Assembly: GCF_009914755.1 (NCBI RefSeq)
Contig: NC_060926.1
Length of the DNA: 64,000 nucleotides
Strand: one strand, 5' to 3'
Source of the DNA: the human T2T-CHM13v2.0 reference genome, Homo sapiens
Shown here: piece after piece, positions 17,319 to 28,808 of the stretch
Layout: every line of letters starts with the position of its first letter
Numbering within the stretch: the first letter of the stretch is position 1
Position numbers and translations under genes: made by a program
Notes under the pieces: model-generated
What the model was told of the DNA's origin: nothing
Seen by the model: only the letters and a program-made list of their open reading frames with translations
Databases searched by the model: none

Positions 17319-18335
17319 TTACATTTTGGCATGATTTTGCAGCGGCTGGTACCGGTTGTTCCTTTCCATGTTTAGCGCTTCCTTCAGGAGCTCTTTTAGG
17401 GCAGGCCTGGTGGTGACAAAATCTCTCAACATTTGCTTGTCTATAAAGTATTTTATTTCTCCTTCACTTATGAAGCTTAGTTTGGCTGGATATGAAATTC
17501 TGGGTTGAAAATTCTTTTCTTTAAGAATGTTGAATATTGGCCCCCACTCTCTTCTGGCTTGTAGGGTTTCTGCCGAGAGATCCGCTGTTAGTCTGATGGG
17601 CTTTCCTTTGAGGGTAACCCGACCTTTCTCTCTGGCTGCCCTTAACATTTTTTCCTTCATTTCAACTTTGGTGAATCTGACAATTATGTGTCTTGGAGTT
17701 GCTCTTCTCGAGGAGTATCTTTGTGGCGTTCTCTGTATTTCCTGAATCTGAACGTTGGCCTGCCTTGCTAGATTGGGGAAGTTCTCCTGGATAATATCCT
17801 GCAGAGTGTTTTCCAACTCGGTTCCATTCTCCACATCACTTTCAGGTACACCAATCAGACGTAGATTTGGTCTTTTCACATAGTCCCATATTTCTTGGAG
17901 GCTTTGCTCATTTCTTTTTATTCTTTTTTCTCTAAACTTCCCTTCTCGCTTCATTTCATTCATTTCATCTTCCATTGCTGATACCCTTTCTTCCAGTTGA
18001 TCGCATCGGCTCCTGAGGCTTCTGCATTCTTCACGTAGTTCTCGAGCCTTGGTTTTCAGCTCCATCAGCTCCTTTAAGCACTTCTCTGTATTGGTTATTC
18101 TAGTTATACATTCTTCTAAATTTTTTTCAAAGTTTTCAACTTCTTTGCCTTTGGTTTGAATGTCCTCCCGTAGCTCAGAGTAATTTGATCGTCTGAAGCC
18201 TTCTTCTCTCAGCTCGTCAAAATCATTCTCCATCCAGCTTTGTTCTGTTGCTGGTGAGGAACTGCGTTCCTTTGGAGGAGGAGAGGCGCTCTGCGTTTTA
18301 GAGTTTCCAGTTTTTCTGTTCTGTTTTTTCCCCAT
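17319..18335 (-). CDS. L1 ORF1p RNA-binding chaperone, 338 aa
   Basis: MGKKQNRK...; REKG, ARR and YPAKLS motifs intact. Confidence 0.98.
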   Translation of the reverse strand: MGKKQNRKTGNSKTQSASPPPKERSSSPATEQSWMENDFDELREEGFRRSNYSELREDIQTKGKEVENFEKNLEECITRITNTEKCLKELMELKTKARELREECRSLRSRCDQLEERVSAMEDEMNEMKREGKFREKRIKRNEQSLQEIWDYVKRPNLRLIGVPESDVENGTELENTLQDIIQENFPNLARQANVQIQEIQRTPQRYSSRRATPRHIIVRFTKVEMKEKMLRAAREKGRVTLKGKPIRLTADLSAETLQARREWGPIFNILKEKNFQPRISYPAKLSFISEGEIKYFIDKQMLRDFVTTRPALKELLKEALNMERNNRYQPLQNHAKM

Positions 18336-18790
18336 CTTTGTGGTTTTATCTACTTTTGGTCTTTGATGATGGTGATGTACAGATGGGTTTTCGGTGTAGA
18401 TGTCCTTTCTGGTTGTTAGTTTTCCTTCTAACAGACAGGACCCTCAGCTGCAGGTCTGTTGGAATACCCTGCCGTGTGAGGTGTCAGTGTGCCCCTGCTG
18501 GGGGGTGCCTCCCAGTTAGGCTGCTCAGGGGTCAGGAGTCAGGGACCCACTTGAGGAGGCAGTCTGCCCGTTCTCAGATCTCCAGCTGCGTGCTGGGAGA
18601 ACCACTGCTCTCTTCAAAGCTGTCAGACAGGGACACTTAAGTCCGCAGAGGTTACTGCTGTCTTTTTGTTTGTCTGTGCCCTGCCCCCAGAGGTGGAGCC
18701 TACAGAGGCAGGCAGGCCTCCTTGAGCTGTGGTGGGCTCCACCCAGTTCGAGCTTCCTGGCTGCTTTGTTTACCTAAGCAAGCCTGGGCA

Positions 18791-19006
18791 ATGGCGGGCG
18801 CCCCTCCCCCAGCCTCGTTGCCGCCTTGCAGTTTGATCTCAGACTGCTGTGCTAGCAATCAGCGAGATTCCGTGGGCGTAGGACCCTCCGAGCCAGGTGT
18901 GGGATATAGTCTCGTGGTGCGCCGTTTCTTAAGCCGGTCTGAAAAGCGCAATATTCGGGTGGGAGTGACCCGATTTTCCAGGTGCGTCCGTCACCCCTTT
19001 CTTTGA
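18791..19006 (+). CDS. L1 antisense ORF0, 71 aa
   Basis: MAGAPPPASLPPCSLISDCC...RHPFL lies within ORF 18722..19006 in the 5'UTR. Confidence 0.9.
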   Translation: MAGAPPPASLPPCSLISDCCASNQRDSVGVGPSEPGVGYSLVVRRFLSRSEKRNIRVGVTRFSRCVRHPFL

Positions 19007-19558
19007 CTCGGAAAGGGAACTCCCTGACCCCTTGCGCTTCCCAGGTGAGGCAATGCCTCGCCCTGCTTCGGCTCGCGCACGGTGCGCACACACACTGGCC
19101 TGCGCCCACTGTCTGGCACTCCCTAGTGAGATGAACCCGGTACCTCAGATGGAAATGCAGAAATCACCGTCTTCTGCGTTGCTCACGCTGGGAGCTGTAG
19201 ACCAGAGCTGTTCCTATTCGGCCATCTTGGCTCAATCCACCATGTCAAACATTTTTAAAGTGAGAATCAATCAAACAATATACACAGGATAAACTCCATT
19301 CACTTATTTAATAAGTATTTATTAGGTAGCTACATCCAATATGCTAAGCCTTTTTCTAAGCAGTGAAGATATGGTAGTGAAAAATAAAAACCCTATTCAT
19401 GACAGTGAGAAAAACACACAATAACAACAGACAGATAAGGCAAAATATACGGTATGTTAGAGGAGAAAAACTAAAGCAGGAAAATGAAATGTTTATGTGT
19501 TTGATGGGGAGGGTGGTGGGAAAGCTGAGATGGCCAGAAGAGTCCCTGCTGAGAAAGG

Positions 19559-19841
19559 GTTTTTTTTTTCTAATACAAAAAACCTTTTATTTGTATATCA
19601 AAGACTCTAAGAAACGATGACATAAGGTTAACAGCGTTGATGTCAAGATACAAATAGGTTTGAAGTTAGAGATGATAAATCACTTTGTTTCATTGAACCT
19701 TGCCTTGATTACCTTAGAGAGCATTCCTTGTATGCTGCCAATTGCATCTTAAGCATGATGCGTCTGGGTAGTACACGGTTCTTCCTCAGAAAGTGGATGT
19801 TCCTTAATGTGTTTCTTTTTACCCTTTGTCTTCTTCTTCTT
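19559..19841 (-). pseudogene. 5'-truncated processed pseudogene fragment, probably NOP58
   Basis: Minus strand encodes KKKKTKGKKKHIKEHPLSEEEPCT, similar to the recalled NOP58 C-terminus. It is followed by UTR, AATAAA (~19587), an A-tail and an imperfect TSD (agaaagg...tttt). Confidence 0.75.
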
Positions 19842-20586
19842 AGAAAGGCGGTTTTAAATAAAGAACTGAAGGAATGGAAAGAGTTAAGCTAGGAGGATAT
19901 CTGGGGGAAAAGCATCCCAGACACAGGGAACTGCCAAGCACAGAGGTGTGTCTGGAGTCTTTAAGCACTAGGGGTAGATACGGTATGGCAAGAATTCAGT
20001 GTGGCTGAAGCAGAGCAAGGGAGATAATCAGGAGGAACTCTGACCCATACTCAGAGTGAAAAGGAGGCAATCAGAAGTGCTGGGGAAGAGGAATGACACA
20101 ATTTGACTTATGTTTTAAATACATCCACTGAGTTAAGAATTGATGAAAAGGGAAGTTTTTAAAAGCCAGGACGATCAATTCCCAGTCTATGACACTCATG
20201 ACTGCAGATGACAGTGGCTCAGATGTACAAGATATGACTGGCTTCTGGTCATATTCTTCAGGTAGACCTGACAAGATTTACTGAAAGATTAGATATGAGG
20301 TGTCAGAGGGACAGATGAGTCAAGAATGACAATGACATTTTTGGCAGAGCAATTGGAAGAGTTGCCCTTAACCAAAGTAGGAAAGACTACATGAGGTGTA
20401 GATTTCAGGAAGGACATCAGTAGCCCAATTTTGGATCTGACAAGTGTGTGATACCCAATAACTAACCAAATAGAGACGTCAAGTAGGCAGGCTGATATAA
20501 AAAATCTGGAATTAAGGAGAGAGATCTGAGCTGGAGACATACATTTGGAAATCACTAGCATATACACAATAGAAAAAGTCATGAGG

Positions 20587-20880
20587 GGCCGGGTGCAGTG
20601 GCTCACACCTGTAATCCCAACACTTTGTGAGGCCAAGGCAGACAGATCACCTGAGATCAGGAGTTTGAGACCAGGCTGGCCAACATGGGGAAATGCTGTC
20701 TCTACTAAAAATACAAAAATTAGCCAGGCATGGTGGCACACACCTGTAATGCCAGCTACTCAGGAGGCTGAGGCAGGAGAATCACTTAAACCCAAGAGGC
20801 AGAAGTTGTAGTGAGCTGAGATCACACCACTGAACTCCAGCCTGGGGGACAGAGTCAAACTCCGTCTCAAAAAAAGAAAA
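20587..20880 (+). mobile_element. Alu (AluS-like), paralog of 914-1207
   Basis: Dimeric Alu. Confidence 0.9.
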
Positions 20881-23389
20881 AGTCAGGAGAAAGAAGATTG
20901 AGGACTGAGCCCTGGGAAACAACAATGTCCAAAAGGAGAAAGATGAGGAGGAGCAAGCAAAACAGACCATGATGAATGGACTAGAAATGCAGGAGGAAAA
21001 GCTTGAGGGAGTGAGGTCCTGAAAGCCAAGTGAAGACGCCGTTAGGGAGGAGACGCCCTCCACTGGCTCAAATATTGCTGACAGATTAAATAAAATGAGG
21101 TGTAAGAAAAATGCATAATTTACAGAAAAAAATTGTGATAATCTTGAGGAAAAACAATGTTGGAGGACTGCTGAAATTGAAGACGCTGGTGTGAGATTAA
21201 GAGTGAATGAAAAGAAAATTTGAGTTCGTGAGTGTGGACAGTTCTTTTAAGGACATCATGCTTAGGAGTCATGACTGAGAATGTTGTAATTTTCTTCCAC
21301 AGTCATGGAAAAGTAATAGACAAATAGTTTCAAGTTTTATATAACAGGTGTAGTTTTCAAATTTTATATAACAATTATATATTTTAAAGGTTATAAAAAT
21401 TATACACATGTGGCATTAAAAATGCCAGACTGAGGTGTTAAATTCTTAAAACTATAGAACTAAAAGTCGCCTTGAACATTTCTAGATTACACATAAGCTG
21501 ATTATCATTTTATTCATGCTTATACATAAAGACCAAGAAATACTAAAAGTTTCAAGGAGAGTATTTCTTGCTTGATAAAATCAGCCAATTCTAGGAAAAC
21601 TGATACTCATCAAATATACAAAATAATTGATCACAGCAAAATACTGGGTTCTATTAACAGGAATAAAGTGGGAGAAATGCAGAAAATAATCTTATTTTAT
21701 AAATGAAATTTTTAAAATTATATGAAGTCACTGTGGAAAAATATGGTGAGGTGAATACTGAAATATATCCTTTTCTCAAAGGAAGGATAATTTCACACAC
21801 GCAGGGCACTTTTACAAATAGGAGTCACTTCACTTGCAGCACCTTCCTTTTAGCACAAGGGTCAGCAAATTAGCACCTTGGGCCAAATCCAGCCCACTGC
21901 CTGTTTTTGTAAGTCAAGTATTTTGGAACACAGCCATGCTTATTCACTTTACAGTCCACAGTGTCAATTAGCTGGGTGTGATGTTGCACACCTGTGGTCC
22001 CAACTAGTAGAGAGGCTGAGGTGGGAAGATCACTAGAGCTCAGAAAGTCAAGACTGCAGTGAGCCATGATCACACAACTGCACTCCAGCCTGGGAAACAG
22101 AGTGAGACCCTGTCTCAAAAATAAATTAATTTATATAGTCCACAAAGCCTAAAATATTTACTAACTGGCTCTTTGCAGAAAAAGCTGGCCAACTCCTGGT
22201 TTAGCAGATGAAAGATCCTTTGATATATTTTAATAAAAGTTTTACCCAATATACTGAAACGTTTATATTAAATACAGATCCCCATGTACAATCCCTTGGC
22301 AATATTCAGATTGAGGGTCCAATATTTCAGCACTCAGGCACTGACAATAAAAATTTAATGACTAGCAATCTTGTTGCTAACAAGGTACAGCATCAATATA
22401 GCATGTAGCTTCCATTTGCAACACAGGAAATATTACAAGAATTTTAACAAGAACTCTTAAGATGTCATCACTGATGCTTTAAATACACTTTAATTGTGAA
22501 ATAATCAGTATACTCTAGATCTAACCTCACTTGTAAAAAATGGTTGCATACTACATTAATTTCTGGGTATGAAAATTGAGCTATTTCCTATTGGTAATGA
22601 TTTACTTTTGATAGTGATAATTTCCTATTGATAAGGATCCATCTTTTTGATATAATAATGCTGTAATAAATGTCCTTATACATAAGTATATATGTAACAA
22701 ATCTACACAAATATCCTTTACATATATTATATATCCTTATTGTTATACATGTGTTTGTGAATATGCTACTAAATTAATGTTCAAAATGTATTTACCAGCA
22801 GTGTATGAAATGTCTTTTACAATGAAACCATTTCTTTTGCAGCAACACAGATGGAGCTGGAGGGCATTATCCTAAGCAAACTAATGCAGGAACAGAAGAT
22901 CAAATGCCACATATTCTTACTCATTAGTGGGAACTAAATAATGAGAACTCATGGACACAAAGAGGAGAATAACAGGCACCAGGGTCTACTTGAAGGTGGA
23001 GCGTCGCGGGAGGGAGATGACCAAAAAACTAACTTTTGGTGTTTTGCTTATTATGTGGCTGATGAAATAATCTGCAGTCCAAATCTCCATGATACACTTT
23101 ACCTATATAATAACCCTGCACATGCACCCCTGAAACTAAAAGAAAAGTTCACTAAAAAGAAAAGAAAATGCCTTTTCCCTCACATTTGCCAATACTGGTT
23201 ATTTTTCAAATAAATTAATGCCTGGAAAAATGGTAACTCATTGTTCGCTGATTTTCATTTTTCTGATTAACGGGCAGGGCTGAATATCCTAGTAAAACTA
23301 TAAAATTTGTTCATCATGAATATTAGCCCAAATTAGGGTTAGTTTGACAGCACATAGTTATCTTCTATTCAATGTTGCCATAGGCTTAC

Positions 23390-23556
23390 CTGTGATACTC
23401 TTCACTTTCGTTGTCAGGAAATTGCTGATTTTCAGGTGTTCTGCTCTTCCTTTGAGGAATTAATCCATTATCACCATTGCCAGCAGTGACACCATTAGTC
23501 AGGTTTTCTAGTAATCCCACATTATTACTTTCATGCTTCTTCATTTCTTCTTCAAC
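23390..23556 (-). CDS. POTEF: POTE coding exon 9 ([12 protein letters not shown]...ESEEYHR)
   Basis: aag|GTT acceptor, AG|gtaagc donor, 167 nt; lies within ORF 23386..23586. Confidence 0.92.
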
Positions 23557-24595
23557 CTTGAGTGGGATATTAAGGATAGTTATCACTTTATTGAATAAAA
23601 AGAACCTTTTTAATTGATTCTATCAATTGACTCAGTTTGTCATTATTTTAGTCATTAAAAATATTTCACACTTAAATTTGATCATATATATAGAAATATT
23701 ACCATATAACTTTAAGATGTAATTATCATCTCATTAATATATCACAGAAATTTTTGTAAAGTTTGCTTCATTTCTGTTTCAATGAATGAAACAGAATTTT
23801 CCAAAATTCAAAAAGGGCCCTCCTTCATTTTGTGCTTTTATTCTCAATCACTCTTCAGAATCTTATGTATGTATTTACCCCATTTGATTCATGGGAACAC
23901 ACAAATAAAAAGACAAAGATGCAAAATGTGTCCTCTTCCGTCTTTACCACCTAGATTTTACATTAAACAGTCAGATTTAGAGGATGACACACTGTGCGGC
24001 TTCAGGAATAGAAAGGAAGTTTGCCCTTTTCTGCGCTAAGATATTCTTCTACCCCACTGCCTTTGAGCATTCTTTTTTCATTTGGTTGCTGGGATATCAA
24101 AAACATGATGGTGCTCACTGAAAATGGGAGCCAAAGTTTGCCACAACACAAGAAGCAGAGTGAAACTGCTGACGTGCAAGCATGGAATTCCAGAAAATGA
24201 GATGCTCCCCAAATTTCACATTGAATAGCCATACAATTTTCTAGCTGGAAGATACACAGAATAAAAAGCTATCTTCTTTAGCCACATTATCTATTGATAA
24301 TCAGACTAAAACCAAGAAAGATAAAATGATTGGTCCAAAGCTCCTAAAGTGGCATTACCTAGCATTTTATAGCACCATTCAGGATTGTTCCATAATAATC
24401 AAAGAATATCTCTAGGCTTTGTATCTCTTGAAAACTCAATGTACAGAATTCTTTCTGAGTTAAATATTAACTTTTTCACTGATGATTTATGCTACTTACA
24501 TGATAGGATCATGTATGCCTACACTTACTACATTTTGTTAAACAACATAATGTAAAAATCTAATTCAACAGAAACATTTGAATATGAAGGTATAC

Positions 24596-24640
24596 CTCTC
24601 TATCACCATCCTTATTTATTTCTGGTTCTTGAGACATTTT
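24596..24640 (-). CDS. POTEF: POTE coding exon 8 (KMSQEPEINKDGDRE)
   Basis: cag|AAA acceptor, GAG|gtatac donor, 45 nt. Confidence 0.9.
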
Positions 24641-26029
24641 CTGCAGAGGCAAAAACAGAAGGTTAATTTGCTTGTTGTGTTTCTGTGATGTGTCCTCTTT
24701 TGGAGCGCATGTTTTAAAAAAATTTTATTCTTAACTAATCAAGTATGGACAATGAAAAATTAGAAAATAATTAAAATTAAAATTTAACTGTTAAATAAAT
24801 AATAATTAAAATTAAGAATTAACTTTTTAATCTATGTTTAGCTACTGCCACATTACTGGCTTCTGACTAACATGTGAAAAATAATTCACCTTAGCCCAAT
24901 GAAGAAAAAAAACGTGAACCAGCAAACTTAATTTGATCACCATTTGTTTGGACTAAACTTAATTTGTTATGTGTTAAATCTACCAAAAATGAATCAGCAG
25001 ATGATTTGTAGTGTTCCAAAACCTTCCTCACTTGAAAAGAGTTTACCTCATGAAACCCTAACTAGTGAGCCCCTACAGTGCACTGAAGTGCTTTTCTAAA
25101 AGATTCCTAACTGGATTGTAGGCACCATTTAAATTATTAGGAGCCGAAATCAACACCAAACAGAAAGAGATGCAAATTCTCAAATTTTAATTGAGATTAT
25201 ATACTGTCATATGATAGTGTTATGTATCCAGATTATCTGCTTAAGTCCAGTTCTAATATATTCTAATGTGTACTAATTACAGTGGATAAAGATTTTTTAA
25301 CAATATGTACTAATTTTCTGCAACTGAAATAAATTAGAATGTTATTGTGTTTGTGCACTAACACCAAAGGTTCCATTCTGCAAGATATGATTCTTGTAAT
25401 AGGCAGCTGTGTTGCTTTTATGACCTGGTTCCCTCCCTGAACAGAAACGCTGAGGTCAACGAGAGACCATAAGGCAGAATATATTTTTAAGCTTGGTATC
25501 AATGACTGACAATATAAAACTGCAGATTTTCAATCACTGGCCATGATTACTCCTTAACCATGAATCCAGCTCAGGGACCATCAGAGTTACATTGTTCATA
25601 ATTCTATTGCTTAATAACATAATCCAATAATTGATGTACCTTCTTCATCATGTTCGGGTGTTGTAAAAATAAAAGAACAAAGTTCTGAAATTTGTTTTTG
25701 CCTCTATTCCAAAAGGAAAGATTAGCTATAAGCTAATCAAAAAGGCAGATGAGAGTATTTTAAATAAAAATATTATAAGAGTATTTTAAATTTTATAGTG
25801 GTTATGTTTTTTAAGTTAAATATCAAATGTTAAATTAGAATCCATTCTTCTGTTAATGAGATTACTGAATTTATTAAAATAAATTTTAACAATCTATTAA
25901 AAAATTCTTTAAAAAATCTATTGATTCTCAAAACCTAGTCTGAAAGGTAATTTCATTTGGACTATCTAATATTATTAAAGCAAAGAAAACAACATTAAAT
26001 CAAAAATTTAAATTTAAAATTTTCCATGC

Positions 26030-26100
26030 CTCTGGCTGGCTATTTTCACTGCCTTTGAACCTTTGTGACTCTTCCTCTGATGTCAGCTTTAAGTCTTGTT
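26030..26100 (-). CDS. POTEF: POTE coding exon 7 (EQDLKLTSEEESQRFKGSENSQPE), GC donor
   Basis: cag|AA acceptor, GAG|gcatgg non-canonical donor, 71 nt; keeps frame into the next exon. Confidence 0.88.
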
Positions 26101-26405
26101 CTGTTGAGAAATCCATATATTCAGTTAAAATGAACCACTTAGAACAGTTAAAAACTATTGCCTTTATAAAAATAGATTTAAGACAACATTTTATTTCATA
26201 AATTGAGTGTTTAGTTTTTCATGAAATAGTTATTTAGGAAATAATTCTCCCAAACTTCAACAAACCACTTGGGGAGACACCTGATGTCATTCACTCACAA
26301 ATTCATCCACCCAACATAAATGAACAAAACCACCAGAAACACAACTTTAAAATACAGTAGAAGCATGTAAGGTAACACAGTATGTTGTTCTCCACTTCCT
26401 AATAG

Positions 26406-26897
26406 TGAAGCAGTAAATGTAAAGAAAAGGAAATTTAGTTTTAAAGAGAAACAAGTTTTCCCGCACTTAGCTAGTCTGACTCTAAGGATAGTAACAAGCA
26501 GGGCCCAGGAAAGGTCGTGGTGACCCTGCCTGAGAAGCCAGAGCCCACAGGTATGGGCTCCAGACATCCCACAGCAAGGTTAAGAAAACAAAATCCTTTA
26601 CTGTCTCCCCTTCCCCTCAGCATTCACTCAGAGCTGTTTTTACAAATGCATACTATTTGCAAGTTCCTGTTGACCTTCAATGCAGCTGCAAGGTCATAAG
26701 CTTTGCTGAGGTTGCAAAACTGTCACTATATGATTAACTGCCTTTGTTCTGCTTCTGTAAGCTTGCCTACATAAGCCAAGCCCTGTCTTTGTTCAGGGCT
26801 CAGCTTTCGGATGCAAATCTGCTGAGCTGTTGCGAACCTAAATGAAATCCTCCTGTTTCACCCACTTGGTCTCTCCTGCCTCCTGCTTTCTGCAACA
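26406..26897 (+). mobile_element. Solo ERV LTR (~492 bp; ERV1-like, possibly LTR15)
   Basis: TG...CA ends and 4-bp TSD atag (26402-26405, 26898-26901); empty site in copy B at ~6330. The subfamily is a guess. Confidence 0.8.
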
Positions 26898-27006
26898 ATA
26901 GTACCTTACAAATGATTTCAAAAATTACTACTGACACCTTTATTAGTGTACAATGTCTTCCCAATATCTAAAATGTTTCCCTCCACTATTCTGACACATT
27001 TATTTT

Positions 27007-27314
27007 CATTTTTCTTTCTTTCTTTTTTTTTTTTTGAGCCAGGGTCTTGCTCTGTCACCAGGCTGGAGTGCAGTGGCGCAATCTCAGCTCACTGCAACCT
27101 CTGACACTCCCTGGTTCAAGCGATTCTCCTGTCTCAGTCTCCGGAGAAGCTGGGATTACAGGCATGTACCATCATGCCCAGCTAATTTTCGTGTTTTTAG
27201 TAGAGACGGGGTTTCACCATTGGCCATGATGGTCCTGATCTTTTGACCTTGTGATCTGCCTGCTCCAGCCTCCCAAAATGCTGGGATTAGAGGTGTGAGC
27301 CACCACACTTGTCC
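27007..27314 (-). mobile_element. Alu, paralog of 6440-6736
   Basis: Dimeric Alu. Confidence 0.88.
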
Positions 27315-28567
27315 TTATATTTATCTTTTAAAACAATGCTATGAGAACGTCTTCCTTGATTCTGCATGTCTTTCCCCAGATAAACAGGTACCTCCTTCCT
27401 TGAGGCTGCCTTAGTACTTCACTGATTTTTCTACTGCATCTTTACCACCTGAACTCTACATTATTCCTCCACATGTCTGTCCCGTCTGCTCCAAGACTGC
27501 AGAGGACAGTCTTGAGCATCATCTTACTCACATTTTACTCAGAAATTTCTTATTGAGTCCTGCTAAATACATGTTAGGCATTAGGGTTTAAAAAGAATTA
27601 AAATAAAGCATGTCAGGGATGGCTTTTCTAGAAAACATGCCCAAGCAGAGACTTAAATATTGAGACTAGCCAGATTAAAAGGGGTAGAGGGCAGGAAAGG
27701 GTGACGGCATGCCACGCAGCAGCAAGAGCGGGAGCGAGGCCTGAAAGAGTGAAAGTATTTGCCTACAATAGGAGGATGAGTGAGTAGGGCATTGCCAGCA
27801 GCTCAGTAATGCCAGAGAAAGGGCACACAGGGAAAAGGCCTAAAGATGGAGAGTGGGGCAGAAGTCAGATTATGAAAGCCTTATGTGTAATTTTAAGATG
27901 CCTGGACATTAATGTTCAAGAGTGGTCCCTGATCCTATCTGCATTTAGATATAGATCACTTTAAATGCCAAAACCAATATTCCTACTGAACAATTATTCA
28001 TTAAGACAAGGTGACAGATAGCTCATGTGGACAGAGCTGAGATGATACTATGTAGCAATTTCTCAATAATTCTCATGAACACTTGGAAAGTCAATTCTAT
28101 AAGAAGTCAGAGAAATTATAATAAATCACTTAATACTTGGTTTGGGAAGGTGCTTTCTAAAGTTATAGTGCCTATGAATTTAACTAATAATTGTGAATTC
28201 AGAGCTGTGACAATAAAGCAAAGAAACCACATTGTGTTTGAGTCAGCAATCTTTAGATTTCTATCCAGTCTTCCTACCCAGTCCGTAAATTCTAACTATA
28301 ATCCTGGTACTCACTCTCAAGTTTATGTTAAATACTAGCCTATACAAAAAACACTCTTTCTCTTTTTTCATTTTGTTATTTATATATTGCTTTGTTTAAA
28401 GGAAGAACACAAAAATGCCCTGCTAAAGGGATTCTGTTTGGTTGCAGGCTGCAAGCGGGGAAAAAATCAAAGTGTATTTCACAGAAAATGATTTTTTAGA
28501 AGTCAGAACTATGACATGAAGTCAAGCAGGGCACTCTAGGACTGAATTTGCTGTGCTGCCTTCATAC

Positions 28568-28808
28568 GCTCCTTGCTCGCTCTTTTCTGGCAGCTGTGAC
28601 TCACACAGGTCATGGAGAGTATCATTCCCTAAGAGGAACAACTCCGATATTCATCTTTATCCATTAAGTTCATCTGTCCCATTCTATGTCTGTGGATGCT
28701 AACTTTTGATCATTGATGGTGATACACATGGACATTTATCATCAACTTTCAGATTCTTGGATCTTTGACAAGTCTTATTAGTGAGAGTCAAACTAGTAGG
28801 ATGCGAGT
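28568..28808 (-). pseudogene. Fossil exon homologous to a CCDC144-family exon (copy A)
   Basis: Translates [32 protein letters not shown]...GNDTLHDLCESQLPE with a stop and frameshifts; the acceptor AG is lost. Confidence 0.75.
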
